64,000 nucleotides of DNA. It comes from Narcine bancroftii. Lineage: Eukaryota. The stretch lies in the NCBI RefSeq assembly GCF_036971445.1, contig NC_091472.1, positions 182,218,001 through 182,282,000 of the forward strand, given 5' to 3'. The notes under the pieces are model-generated. The model saw only the letters and a program-made list of their open reading frames with translations, did not search any database and was not told where the DNA came from. Numbering within the stretch: position 1 is the first letter of the stretch; every line of letters begins with the position of its first letter. This document shows, piece by piece, positions 13,571-27,091 of this stretch. Both the position numbers and the translations under genes were made by a program.

Positions 13571-14787
13571 CTGGTTAAGTTGTAAAGCTTTTGACTCTTC
13601 ATTTGAGAGGGATAAATGAGGCATCCTTCTCAAAATACACTTGGTTGAAATTGATGGGCAGGCCATGATGTTTCTATGACCTACACCTTCAACAGATTAC
13701 CAGGTGAAGGGATGAAATGATCCATCAATGCTCTCAAAGTCTCACTGTAAAATGTAAAAGAGGAAGGATGGTTAATTGATTTACAGTAGCAGGCAATGTC
13801 ACAGGTATAGAATTTCAACAAAGGTGATTAGAAATAGGAGTAACTCCTTGATCGTTCAACAAGATCATATTTGGTAATCGACTTCAAACATGATTTTGAC
13901 CTGCTCACATATCCCTTGACTCCTTTAATGTCCAGGAGTCTGTTGACCTCTGTTTTGAATGCAATCCATGTCTGAGCCTACACATCCCCACCAATCTCCT
14001 TTTTGAGGCTGTGACCCTTGGTTCTAGGCTCCTTAGCCAGGGATAACATCCTGCATATTTCTACCTGCTGGTGTTTTAGAAGGAGGAATGACTCTCCTCC
14101 AACCTGGTCAGGACCCAGGGCAGGTTTAAAACTCATTCCATACTGTTAGGCACAATGTTCTTTGATAGGTAAAGTTTGCCGTATTTTGGTAAAATACCGC
14201 TGGAGTAATTTGGGAAATAAATCAAATGCATGATTACCGTAAATTAAAGAGAATTTTGCACATCATGCAACATCAGGCTTTCCAACTCAGTCTTTGATAT
14301 ATTTAAGAAAACTAGTACAACTAGGATTTCTCCCCCCAGTGATATCCTGTTCTGATTCACAGTTAAGCATATTATGTATCAATTAAATGGCAGCAGTGAG
14401 ATTTAATGATCTTGGATCATACCCAGTCAGTTTATTTGGTTTTTGAAAATATAAATGCTCTGCAGATAACACCTTTATTTTGTTTTAAACAGCTTTAAAT
14501 TTGAAGATGTTCATTATAAATATTTGATTTGTGAATTGGAGCACGAGTCTCCATCTTTCCAATGACTAGTTGTGATTTTTTTTAATGGTCTTCTTTTCTC
14601 CACTGACAGGAGCAATTTGTATGCAACCTAAATAGTCCAACCACTGTTTTGTTGATCAAAAGCACGGTTAATGTAGCAATTAGCATGACTTTATTACAGT
14701 GCAAGTGACCTGGGTTTCAATACACCAGTGTCTGCATGGGTTTGCTCCATGTCTCCCAGTTTCCAAAGACGTACAGAGTTAGAAGAG

Positions 14788-15791
14788 TGTGACAGAACAT
14801 ATAGATATGTTTTTGGGAGATAAATTGGGAAAGGTTTGTTAGAGTAGGTCACATGCAAACACTTTAAAACAGATCTTATTTAAAATATTGGAGCTCTACC
14901 CCATGCTAGACATATCAGGGCCTCAGAGCTTTTGCAAGAGCTTTGAAGAGTGCTCAAGGGTCTTTGCTAATGGATTGTTGTTTACAAAAGGCAACAGATG
15001 AAAGATTTTGTTGGAGACGCCTTTTGTCTGGAGAGGAACTTGCTGTTCTAAGAGGGTCATGCGGTTTTGCAAGCAGAGAGAGCGTAAAACAGGCTTTCTC
15101 TCAGAGAGCAAGAGGCACACACACACACAGAGAGATGAGTTCTGCAGTGTTACAACCAGCAGACAGCAACTGGGCCTGGAACGGGACAAGCTAGCAATAT
15201 TATGGAAAGCCCATTTAAAAGACAGCCTGGTCAAAGCACTTGTGGTTCATGCAAGAGGAGAAGTCTGGCTGTCTAATGTTTCACTTGGAATAAGGGAAAC
15301 AAAAAGTAACTCTGTGGTGACATAAAAGAAAGAGATTATCATCTGGAGAACCCTGAAGGGGCAAGATTTGTCAGCAAGACACTGGAGTGGCTGATGGAAG
15401 TGCATCAGTTGTGGATGTCCTGGAATAACAAATCTTTCTCTGAAAACTGACAGGACCTTCCTGAGCGATAGCCATTTACCTTTCAAGCACCAAAGCCTGG
15501 TGAACTTCATAAATGTTTAATTCTGTGAACAGTATAAGAATTGCTGCAATGAATGAACTTGGAGGAATGAGAAGTGAGATGGGATTGTGAACCAAAGAAT
15601 TTTTCTGAACTTACACACACATTACATATATGTGCGCTTAGAATTAGAAGGGGGTTAAGTTAGGTTAAGTACGTTAATAGTGATCATTTAAAGTTTGATA
15701 CTATTTTCATGTTTAAAGATAATTAAAAGCAACATTTGTCTTGGTGATTATCTATTGCTGCTGGGTTTTGGGGTCCTCTGAGTTCGTAACA
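14788..15791 (+). mobile_element. Solo LTR family A copy 1, inserted in a SINE (about 14660-14787 and 15796-15865)
   Basis: TGTGAC...GTAACA termini; 4-bp TSD AGAG; homologous to 17550-18530 and 47400-48405; strand is nominal. Confidence 0.92.
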
Positions 15792-16779
15792 AGAGTCATA
15801 GGGGTATAGATGGGTGGCATGGGGTCATGGGTTGGAATGGCCTGTAACCGTGCTGTATCTCAGGTTCAAATGGATGAGCACACCAGGCCCTATATGAGTG
15901 GTGAAAAGAATGCATCAGCTCTAAAACAACCCACTGTCTCTGCCTTATCTGTGGCCTGATGCCTCTGAACCTACAACATAGAAGAAAAATACCATTTTAA
16001 TGCCCTATTCCTTCCTTTAATATTTTTGGTGGGTTTTTTTTGTCTTTTCCTTCTTTTACTTGACATTGAACACAACTGATTCAACTTCTTATCCATTAAT
16101 TCAGGAACAATTGCAGGAAGACAGGGTGGATTTACAAAACCATAATGCTTCCAAGAAAGAGAAGCTGGGGAATTTAGAATGCATAATTAAAATTGTTTGA
16201 TTGATCTAAATATTGCTTGTTTATGTTCATTTATGCTTTTTGCATAATGTAAATATATAAGTGCATGTGTTCATTTGGGGCATCTGTAACAAGTAAAAAT
16301 GTTCCTCTTGGAGAATAATTAAATTTAACACCCCTTTTCTAATTAATTTGAGAAGCCATTGTATACCTTCCTAGGCTGTTGCTTGCAGCATCTTACATTG
16401 TGTAAATCCTTGGCATGTCTACACGTATAGCAATTTAAATCTTGCAACACTTTTCATGTTACAAAACAGTGGTCTAGAAATCCAGTTAACTTGCTTATGC
16501 TTTTACGCGCTATGGGATTGGATCGCTGTGTAAAATCAATCATGAATCTCAATCAGAGCATCTGGTCAACAGGAAGTCTCCCGCTGCAACTTCATTGTGA
16601 ACCTTGGTATTCTCCCTCCAAGTGTTCAGGACATCTCTTTGGTCGTCTGTCTCTACCGAGCATGCTAGATTAGCGCCAGTAAAATAGGTGCTAACTCTGG
16701 TATTTGTGTTCCTCTCACAAGTGCTCCCAGGTGTCATGAGACCTGTGACTGCGTTCAGTGCCCATCTTGCATTCAAAAC

Positions 16780-16922
16780 TTACCTCAAGCTAGAACACAA
16801 AAGTTTCATCACCTTCTCTGACAATTTCCACCTAGCTCCCACTTTCTCAAGGACCATTGCTGATCCCTTTGTGAACTCTTTACAAATTTTGTATCAGAGA
16901 TAGGTCAGAAACCAATATCCAA
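16780..16922 (+). mobile_element. Penelope RT remnant
   Basis: FITFSDNFHLAPTFSRTIAD resembles the FxxFxxNFHPxLKFTWxISD stretch of Penelope RTs. Confidence 0.55.
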
Positions 16923-16949
16923 TTCATCCTTGCATGTACCAGTGCTAAG

Positions 16950-17836
16950 ACATCATTTGGGTCAGTAGCAGTCATGCCACAATAATGCCAGAGAATTAAC
17001 ACCTCGAACAGTCGTAATCAGCTAGCCTTGATATACAAAAGTGTTCCCATTGTCAATTTTCCTGTCATCAACATATCAAACCAGCTACATAAATAATAAG
17101 GCTGCAAGAACAGGTCAAAATTTGGGAATCCTTTGGCAAGTGACTCAATCCCGATAAATCGAAACCTTCCACCATCTATAATGCACAAGTGCAATGGGAA
17201 TGCTCGCAACTTGTCCACATGAGAGTATCCCCAAAAACCCTCAAGAAGGTCAACCCCATCTAGGATAGAGGTACCTGCTTAATTAGCACCCCATCCATTG
17301 CTCTAAACATTCATTCCTGCTGCACATTTGTTACAGTATATACCTTATACAAAATGGACTGCCATTCCCAATATTGGCTATTCTGACAGTTGCTCCCAAG
17401 CCTCCAATCCTGACTGCTAACAAGGTCAAAGATGAGACACAAAGCAATATCCAAGTTTGTCAGAAAATTGTACACCATCCTGATGTGAAAATGCCTCACT
17501 CTTCCTTCATTGTCGCCCATTCTCTGTCCTGGAATTCCCTACTTTACAGTGTGATGGAGTATACAGATATGGTTTGGGGAGATAAAATGGGAAAGGTTTA
17601 TTAGTGTAAAACAGATCTTATTTGAAATACTGGAGCTCTTCTAATGATAGATATATCGGCCCCACAGCCTTTGCAAAAGCTTTGGAGAGTGCGCAAGAGA
17701 CTTCACTAATGGATTGTTGTTTACAAAAAGGCAACAGATGAAAGAACTTGTAGGAGCTGCCTTCTGTCTGGAGTGGACTTGCTGTTCTAGGAGGTTCATG
17801 TGGTTTTGCAAGCAGAGAGAGTCAAACAAGCTTTCT

Positions 17837-17870
<34 letters not shown>

Positions 17871-18660
17871 CACTTCTGCAGTGTTACAGCCAGCAGACAG
17901 CAGCTGGGACTGGAACAGGACAAGCTGGCAAGCTTGTGAAAAACCCCATCTGGAAGACTGGTTGTGAGTGCTTAGTTCAACCTGGTCAAAGCCCTTGTGG
18001 TTCATGCAAGCGGAGAGGACTGGCTGTCTAATGTTTCACTTGAAATAAGGGAAACAAAAGGGAAATCTCTGGTGACCTGAAAGAACGAGGTTATCACCTG
18101 GAGAACCCTGAGGGGGGCAAGTTTCTTTAGCTAGGTGTCCAGCATACAACAAATCTCTCTTTGAAAACCGACAAGAACCTTTCTGAGCAGTAACCATTTA
18201 CCTTTCAAGCACCAAAGCCTGGTGAACTTTATAAATGTTAGATTCTGTGTACAGTATAAGAATTGCCTGCAACCAGTGAACTTGGAGGAATGAGAAGTGA
18301 GATTGGACTGTGAATCAAATAACTTTTCTGAACTTACACACACATTACATACATGTGCGCTTAGAATTAGAAGGGGGTTAAGTTAGATTAGTTAAATCAA
18401 TAGTGATAAGTTAAAGCGTGATTCTGTTTTCATGTTTAAAGATCATTAAAAGCAACTTTTGTTTAAGTAACAATTTGTCTTGGTGAATATCTATTGCTGC
18501 TGGGTTTTGGGGTCCTCTAGGCTCGTAACAACAGCATTGTGGACTTTTATCAGAAGGAAGGAACGTAATGGTTAAAGATGCTGTTTCACCTCCACCTTCT
18601 CAAGGGCAATTAGTGACCCTAAGCTGGATTTCCTACTGATGCCTAGATCCCAAGAAATAA
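16950..18660 (+). mobile_element. Old CR1/L2-clade 3' remnant split by LTR A copy 2
   Basis: CCTGGAATTCCCTAC...ACAGCATTGTGG reads through once the LTR is removed; CACCTTCTCAAGGGCAATTAG end motif. Confidence 0.6.
17550..18530 (+). mobile_element. Solo LTR family A copy 2
   Basis: TGTGAT...GTAACA; 4-bp TSD ACAG; internal (GA)n at about 17840-17868. Confidence 0.92.
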
Positions 18661-18849
18661 ATTTTAGAGAAATGGTGCTTGGAAGTCTGACCTGGACAGA
18701 TTGATATGGGTCCTTTTCTATTGAGTTTCTAGGCCCATCTGGACTTGAATGCTTTGTCGGAAACATGAAATAATTTAGAAAGATTGAGAAGAAGCAAGTA
18801 AACATAAGGGCTTGTTGAAGGTGAGAACGAGGTGAAGGTAAGAGGACAA

Positions 18850-19235
18850 AACTATTTGTGCACTATATTTCAGAATTTCAAAGCTTCGCAATTAATAAAT
18901 CACTTCTGAAATGCAGCCACAGTTGTATTGCAGGAAATGTAACAGTTAACATACGAAGAACAAGATTGCAAGATCAGTAATGAGCATTGCTTGAGGAATA
19001 AATGTTGGCCAACGTTTCCTAGACTTTTTCCAACTATTTAAAATAACTTTTGACTTTAGAAGACACAAGGAACTTTTATTTGACATCTTATCTAAAATTT
19101 GGTATCTTTACTAGGGTAAGAGGCTGCTCTGCACCACACTGAAGTATCTGCTGGAATTATGTGCAAGTCAGAATTTGAACAGACAGCTTTCTGATCCACA
19201 GGTAAGAATGCAACTTCCACCTCAGGCTGATGTAA
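18850..19235 (-). mobile_element. Ancient DeuSINE-like (SacSINE1/AmnSINE type) relic
   Basis: TTGAGGAATAAATGTTGGCC and CACTTCTGAAATGCAGCCACAGTTGTATTGCAGGAAA resemble reverse-strand Deu-SINE body and tail; heavily decayed. Confidence 0.55.
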
Positions 19236-19274
19236 AGAGATGACAGGTCAAAACTCCTTGATTGGCCGGAAGAT

Positions 19275-19440
19275 GGAAGAGACTGCAGATGCTGGAATCT
19301 ACAGGAAACAACAAAATGCTGGAGGGACTCAAGTCGGAGAGAGGAGCAAAGGCATTGTCATTGTTTTGGGTTAAGACCATGCATCAGATCCACAGGTGCT
19401 GCTCAACCCATCGAGTTACTCCAGCAATTAGTTGATTGCC
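19275..19440. mobile_element. Penelope terminal-repeat pieces in inverted arrangement
   Basis: CTGCAGATGCTGGAATC...ATGCTGGAGGGACTCA (minus), then GCTGCTCAACCCATCGAGTTACTCCAGCA (plus). Confidence 0.65.
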
Positions 19441-19738
19441 TGACCAGTATATTGTAAGTGTGGCAGAATAAATCATTGTTATTGGGGTGAGATGGCAGAG
19501 TATAGACAGGATTGAAACAGAGCTTGAATGGTAGTTTATCAGAATAGTTGAAAGAGTGTCACAGTCTTCAGATTTATGTGTTCACTGGGCATATCGTGAC
19601 TGATCATTTCAACTCATTTGATGCTGCCTGACCCATTGAGTACCTCCAGCTTCTCATTGTTTGCTGGAAAGTAATGAATAAATATAATTGAGATTATACA
19701 CTTTTTTTAATATTTTGTTTTTTTCTCCATAAATATAC

Positions 19739-19741
<3 letters not shown>

Positions 19742-19776
<35 letters not shown>
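19742..19776. repeat. (CT)n microsatellite
   Basis: Direct read. Confidence 0.95.
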
Positions 19777-19779
<3 letters not shown>

Positions 19780-21968
19780 CACGTCTGCTTCAGGCTCATT
19801 GGTGATTGACAAGACTGATGCGGGACAGGCAGGCACGGTTGCAACGGTTGCAAGGGAAAATTGGTTGGTTGGGGTTGGGTGTTGGGTTTTTCCTCCTTTG
19901 TCTTTTGTCAGGGAGGTGGGCTCTGCGGTCTTCTTCAAAGGAGGTTGCTGCCCGCCGTCAATGTAGCAGGCACCAAGAGATTTCTTTAAGCAGTCCTTGT
20001 ACCTCTTCTTTGGTGCACCTCTGTCTCGGTAGCCAGTGGAGAGTTCACCATATAACACGATCTTGGGAAGGCGATGGTCCTCCATTCTAGAGACGTGACC
20101 CACCCAGCGCAGTTGGGACTTCATCAGCATGGATTCGATGCTTGCGGACTCTGCCAGCTCGAGTACTTCGATGTTGGTGATGAAGTCATTCCAATGACTG
20201 TTGAGGATGGAACGGAGATAGCGCTGATGGAAGAGTTCTAGGAGCCGTAGGTGATGCTGGTAGAGGACCCATGATTCGGAGCCTAACAGGAGCGTGGGAA
20301 TGACAACGGCTCTGTACACGCTGATCTTTCTGTGTTTCTTCAGGTGGTTGTTTTTCCAGACTCTTTTGTTTAGTCTTCCAAAGGCGCTATTTGCCTTGGC
20401 AAGTCTGTTGCCTATCTCTTTGTCGATCCTTACATCAGATGAAATTGTGCAGCTGAGGTAGGTAAACTGGTTGACCGTTTAGAGTTCTGTGTGCCCGATA
20501 GAGATGTGGGGGGGCTTGTAGTCATGGTGGGGAGCTGGCTGATGGAGGACCTCAGTTTTCTTCAGGCTGACTTCCAGGCCAAACATTTTGGCAGTTTCCG
20601 CAAAACAGGACTTCATGCACTGGAGAGCTGGCTCTGAATGGGCAACTAAAGTGGCATCGTCTTCAAAGAGTAGTTCACGGACAAGTTGCTCTTGTATCTT
20701 GGTGTGAGCTTGCAGGCGCCTCAGATTGAAGAGACTGCCATCCGTGCGGTACCGGATGTAAACAGCGTCTTCATTGTTGAGGTCTTTCATGACTTGTTTC
20801 TGCAACATGCTGAAGAAGATAGTAAAGAGGGTTGGTGCGAGGACGCAGCCTTGCTTCACGCCGTTGTCAATGGAGAAGGGTTCAGAGAGCTCATTGCTGT
20901 ATCTGACGCGACCTTGTTGGTCTTCGTGCAGTTGGATAACCATGTTGAGGAACTTTGGGGGGCATCCGAGGCGCTCTAGTATTTGCCAAAGCCCTTTCCT
21001 GCTCACGGTGTCAAAGGCTTTGGTGAGGTCAACAAAGGTGATGTAGAGTCCTTTGTTTTGTTCTCTGCACTTTTCTTGGAGCAGTCTGAGGGCAAAGACC
21101 ATGTCAGTAGTTCCTCTGTTTGCGCAAAAGCCACACTGTGATTCTGGGAGGACATTTTCGGCGACACTAGGTATTAGTCTATTAAGGAGAATCCTTGTGA
21201 AGATTTTGCCTGCAATGGAGAGCAGCGTGATTCCCCTGTAGTTTGAGCAGTCTGATTTCTCACCTTTGTTTTTGTACAGGGTGATGATGATGGCATCACA
21301 AAGGTCCTGAGGCAGCTTTCCTTGGTCCCAGCAGAGCATGAAAAACTCGTGCAGTTTGGTATGCAGAGATTTGCCGCCAGCCTTCCAGACCTCTGGGGGG
21401 ATTCCATCCATACCTGCTGCTTTGCCACTTTTCAGTTGTTCAATTGCCTTATATGTCTCTTCCCGGGTAAGGACCTCATCCAGCTCTAGACTCAAGGGTT
21501 GTTGAGGGAGCTGGAGCAGGGTGGATTTTTGGACTGAGCGGTTGGCACTGAAAAGGGATTGGAAGTGTTCTGACCATCGATTGAGGTTGGAGATCTTGTC
21601 GCTGAGGAGGACTTTGCCATCTGAGCTGTGCAGAGGGCTTTGGACTTGGGGTGAGGGGCCGTACACAGCCTTTAGAGCCTTGTAAAAACCCCTGAAGTCG
21701 CCAATGTCGGCGCTAAGCTGGGTTCATTTGGTGAGGCTAGTCCACCACTCATTTTGGATCTCCCATAGTTTGCACTGAAGATGGCTGCTTGCGAGACGGA
21801 AGGCTCGTTTTTTCTCTGGCCAGGAAGGCTTTGCAAGGTGAGCCTGGTGGGCAGATCGCTTCTTTGCCAGCAGCTCCTGGATTTCCTGGTTGTTTTCATC
21901 GAACCAGTCCTTGTTTTTCCTGGAGGAAAAGCCCAGTACCTCTTCAGTGGATTGCAGTGGATTGCAGT
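19777..21968 (-). mobile_element. Older degenerate RTE/BovB-type copy
   Basis: ORFs 20479-21666 and 19654-20319 are RTE RT pieces with frameshifts, FADD changed to FEDD, and an internal deletion near 19955. Confidence 0.95.
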
Positions 21969-22794
21969 ATATATATATATAAACTTTTTCTTTTTCTCAC
22001 AAAGCAAAACAAAACATAACAACAACTCCTTCCCTCCCACCCCCTTCACAGTAGTATAAATCCATACGCCATCAGGGCTTACAGTTGGGTTTTAAAAAAG
22101 TCTTTATTTATTTTTATAACAGTAGCGTCTTTTTTTAATAATTGTATTTCAGCCCCTATATAATCCAAATATGTTTTCCATATTGTTTATAAATACGCCA
22201 TATTTGTTCTTTAGATAGTATGTGATTTTTTTTCCATAGGTATACAACTGTTCAACTTGGTCTTCCTTCGTGCTATCTGTAGAGGGGAGATGAATTTCCA
22301 AATAATTACAATATAGTTTTCTTAGCCGCAGCTATAGCTATTTTAATAAATTAAATTTGGAATTTAGTTAATTTATTACTTATTTCAATAGAGTTGCCCA
22401 AAAGATAAAGCTCTGGGTTGTCTGTACCACCACTGTTATCCTTGAGAGTATTTCAGTAATATCCTGCCAGAAAGATCACACATGACTACGTAGCATGTAC
22501 AAACGATCCTATTTCTGTTCTGCGTCTAAAACACACCTCCGATATTTTCAATTTTGATTTATGTAATTTTTGTGGTGTGATGTATAATTAGTGTAGAAAA
22601 TTATATTGTATTAATCTGTATCTTGCATTTATAATTGGCATCATGCTATCCAAACTCCAATCACACCAGCATCTTTTCATTATTGCAACTCTAGAAACTG
22701 GCTCCCATTTCTCTCTCTCTCAATCTCTGTAAACCTAGCTTTGCACTTTCATTTTGAAGAACAAAGTACATCTTATATATAAATGTAGGTGTGT

Positions 22795-22929
22795 CCTCCC
22801 TTGCAACCGCTGCAACCATGTCTGCCTGTCCCGCATCGGACTTGTCACCCACAAACAAGCCTGCAGCTGACGTGAACATTACCCCTCCATAAATCTTCGT
22901 CCGCGAAGCCAAGCCAAAGAAAAAAGAAA
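22795..22929 (+). mobile_element. Severely truncated RTE 3' end inside the L1
   Basis: Matches the RTE 3' terminus CCATAAATCTTCGTCCGCGAAGCCAAGCC; 8-bp TSD AGGTGTGT (22787-22794, 22930-22937). Confidence 0.9.
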
Positions 22930-25900
22930 AGGTGTGTTCCCCAGCCAAATAGTTCATTCCATCTCATTAACTTCTCGTGGGGGGGGGGGGGAGGGAAACA
23001 AGTTTGCTCCCCATCTTTCTCTTAAGAATGATCTTAACTGGAGAAAGTAAAAAAATGTCCCATTAGCTACTCCATACTTATGTCTTAATTGTTCAAAAGA
23101 CATGAGATCCTTCCATATAGCAATCATCAACATTTCTTATTCCTTTGTCACACCATGAATTCAATATTTTGTTACCCAGATTCATAGGCAGTAGTACATT
23201 TTTACATAATGGTGTCCTCAGTGATATACCTGCTCGTTACTCATTTATTTCTTGCCGTATTTTAATCACGTGTATTAATATAGGATTACCTGGTTTTTTT
23301 TTGTTATTCACTTAATATTTCACTTATAAATAAAGTCCTTCATTTCTCTTTTATTGAATTCAACCCCATTCGAATCCATGTATTCAAATATCAATTAAAT
23401 TTAAATCCTTTATAAATGATAAAGTCGTTTTAGCAGCTTTCTCCCTTGTTAATGTTCTCGCTGATTTGTCCAATATTAGGTCTAAACAAAAACTGAAATC
23501 TCCTCCAATCAATATATTTTGTCTACCCCCTGTGGTTTTTTTAGAAAGATATCCTTCATAAAGACTTCATTGTCATAATTTTGGGCGTAAATATCATAAA
23601 CGCCCATGATTCTGCGTAAATTTTAGTGTGCCATTACAAATCTACTAGCTTGGTCTCTTCCATCATTATTGGTATATTTTTATTAATTAAAATTTCTACA
23701 CCTCTTGATTTTGATCTAAATGAAGGCGATATTACTTGTTCCAACCATCATCTTTTTCATTTTGCATCTTCAAATTTGATAGGATGTGTTTTTGGTAAAA
23801 AGACTGTATTTGCCTTTAATTATTTTTAGATATCCCAAGACCCATTTTCTCTTCATTGGCCCATTAATTCCGTAAGCATTTAAATTAATAAATTTTAATG
23901 TCCTATCCATATTCTTCTTTAAAACAGTTTTTTTTTTAACAGTGAAATCTTCTTTACTCTTTAAATAATAAAGTGATCCTTCCCCTTTAAGAAAAACATA
24001 CAATATCCCTTCCCTGAATGTGACATATATAATATATAAAATAGAGAGAGAGAAAGAGTGACAGAGAGAGAGAAAGAGAGAGAGAGGGGGGGAGAAAATG
24101 AGAGAGAGAGAGAGCCTCGAAAGTCCGCAAAGAAAGCCCATGGAATCTCTTGAGGAAGAAGATTCCTTCCCTTTAGCACCATCTTTTTTTGCTACTCCTT
24201 TATGAGCACCATTCTCCCCCTTAGAGCAGAGTCTCCACCCTGCTACTACTTTGCCCAGATTTTTTTTCTTTTATTGAGCTCTCCATTAACATTTCTATAC
24301 CCTTTACTTTTAAACAATACATACAAGACGGTTTAACAAAAATTTAAAAACTACCTCTCCTACTTTTACTTAGTTCCACAATCTCCTCCATTGGCAAACT
24401 TAATCTTTTGTTTTACAAACTTTGCATCAAGTCTTCCACCTCGTTCTTGGTCTTGAAAAATCGCCGGTTCCCTTCTGCTACTTCAACCCTCAAAGTCGTG
24501 GAATATATCATTGAGAATTTCAAATTTTTAGCATGTAATTGTCTTTTCACATCTTCAAAATATTTCCTTTGTTTAATCAAGGTCAAGCTAAAGTCTTGAA
24601 AAAATGGTTCCTTTTCATGATCAGTCTCGGACGGGGCATTATTCTGCTTAAAGTAATCACATGCTTGCTCCCAAAATCATCTCCTGTCCTCAGTAGCTTA
24701 AAAGTTTCACCAGAACTAGTCTTGGTCTCTGACCACCAGCTCTTCTGGGTCCGAGTGCTTGGTGAGCAACCTCGATAATGCAGTTTTTTTTCTCCAAATT
24801 TGTCTTCTCCCAACATTTGTGGGATCCATTTATGAAAAAGGTCCACCAGGTTTATTCCCTCAATTCCTTCCTTTAGTCCAATTCAGATATTATTCCAGTG
24901 ACTTAAGTTCTCTATAAGGTCAATTTTGTCCAGCAGCCCTTGCTTATCCAATTCCCATTCTTTGGAATTTTTTTCTAAAGCCTTAAGTTTTTCATGTGTT
25001 TTCATCAATTCACTCTCTGCTCAACCAATTCTCTCTATCAGGTCTACAACACTCTTTTATTTTGGTCATTTTCTCCATTATATCTCTCATCACATGAATC
25101 GGTTACTCAAATTCTCTATTTTTTCCAGGATGTTGCTCAATTCTTGACCCGACTCCCCAGATTTATGTGGTTCTTCCAGTCACATCACCGTTTTTGCACC
25201 ATTCCCTCTCGGACTTTCACCCAAAGTTCCCAGTTGAATAGAAGATTATTTAATCTTTGTTCTTGGCTGCCTTGGTTTCTTCGTGCTACTTTTGTCCATT
25301 TCTGATGAAGAAAGTTTTGATTTTCAAGTTTTGACTGTCCATTTAGCATTCTTCACTGAGAGCTCAACCAAAACACATCTGTCTAAGTCCTTCGCATGGC
25401 CGCCCTCAGATCATCCACTTATTCAGTGAAAGCCCAATACATTTGGACGTATGTCCTCTTACAAGGTTATCATTTCTCCATATCAAACATATTTATTTTC
25501 ATTTGTGAAACACCAAAGAAACAATTAAATCCTGCAACATAACCATTGACCTGGTGCCTGGAGAGCTTATTTTTCAAAGCGTAATTTGTCCAGTTCCAGC
25601 AATTGCTTCTGCCCGAAAATTCTCCGAGGTACAACTTACTAACTATTTTCAAATTAATGTAAGCCATATTTCCAAAATATTATAATTCTAGCCAACTAGA
25701 TGATTATGCACCTTACCACAAAATGCTATAGATTTTCAGTGTACTACATGAACAGTATATATCACTAAGGGAGACTGCCGAGGGAAAATCTGTCAAGAGG
25801 AATTGCCAAATGATAAAAACAACCCCTCTTGATTTTCTTTTGAACTAAATGAACTGAATCTTCCCACCTGGTTTTTCCTTTCTACCCATCCCTCAGGAAA

Positions 25901-27091
25901 TGGTTGAGACCCAAATGAAAACTTGAAAAAGCACTACTTCAACCACAGCAGAGAATGTGCAGAAGGGATACTTAGGTAGTGTTGTTTTGACTAGATTACA
26001 ATGAGGATGTTTTGCTGTATGATCCTAGACAGAAAGCATAATTGCCCCATCTCACATTTAGATTCTAATCCCCGCTGCTCTCATTTCATGTGCACCACGC
26101 TTTGGCATTGTGCAAGAACTGCTCTCCATGTGGTTAGATTTCACAGAGCTTGGTGAGGAATCTGATGTGGGGATGGGAACTGTTTGACTTGGATATCTGT
26201 GGCAATGCCGAAGCATTAGCGACAGCCCTGGGAGCAGGGCCAAAATGCCCCAGGGAGCAGGATACAATGTGCACCTGATCAAAACCAACAGCCAGCTGTT
26301 TATTTGCCTCAAGTAAATCCCAACAAATTTAGCACATCGATATCCCCACAGACATGCATGGAGGATATTTGAATGGATCAAATGTATTCTGGCACATGCT
26401 TTAAATGTAATCAATTTAATCTTACCATCTCGTACATGATAATATGGAAAAGAGATGTCATTTTCAGCGGTGCTATAAAAGTAGCTATTTTCGCAGTAAA
26501 ATAATTTTAGAGCTATAAAGGTACAAGCCACTAAGCATGAGATTTATCACTAACATTTACATTACCAAAACACTTAAAACTGAATTGCTAACAAGAAATG
26601 CAAAAAAAAACCCTAAAGTATTTGGTCTTGAGCAAAATGTTATTAAGAATGTACATTCCCAGTTTATAATATGGTCAGAGGATAACTTCGTTCAGTAAAG
26701 GTGGAGCACATTTAACTTGGTTTTACATTTGATTATCTAGCTATGGTTCTCCAAGCTAAGGTACACTGATGGGCAGCAGGTCCGAAACCTGTCTTTAGGA
26801 GCAGGGGCAAGCTTAATCTAATGAGCTAGTTTTTGATGCACTCCATTATTAATATGCAAATCATCCAACACATTCAATGGATTAACAAATATGCCTTAAA
26901 TTGCAAGTCTCTAGAATTTGAAGCTCACTTGCACTGCTCTGATGTCTGTTTCAGATGAACAACTATTTGGCCTTGTTCTACAAAATTTGATGGATTTACA
27001 TGTTAATTACCCATTACACTCACTACTGAAATTTTGTGCTGGAATTCACACGAGAAGTACTTATTGTGCAAATAATATATTTATAGATATT

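Larger units (their letters stand above)
19704..25407 (-). mobile_element. Decayed L1 with 5' end, ORF1, endonuclease and ORF2 C-terminus, hosting two RTE insertions
   Basis: ORF1 DLFHKWIPQMLG (~24800); ORF2 start LNAYGINGPMKRK (~23880); IGGDF (~23500); RYRLIQYNFLH and CFRxxxEIGSFVHATxSC (22480-22625); imperfect TSD AGATTATACACTT/AGATCATCCACTT (19691-19703, 25408-25420). Confidence 0.8.

Noticed and set aside
14788-18530. Intact two-LTR retrotransposon
   Set aside because: Each LTR has its own TSD, and the interval holds a SINE half and old LINE debris with no gag or pol.
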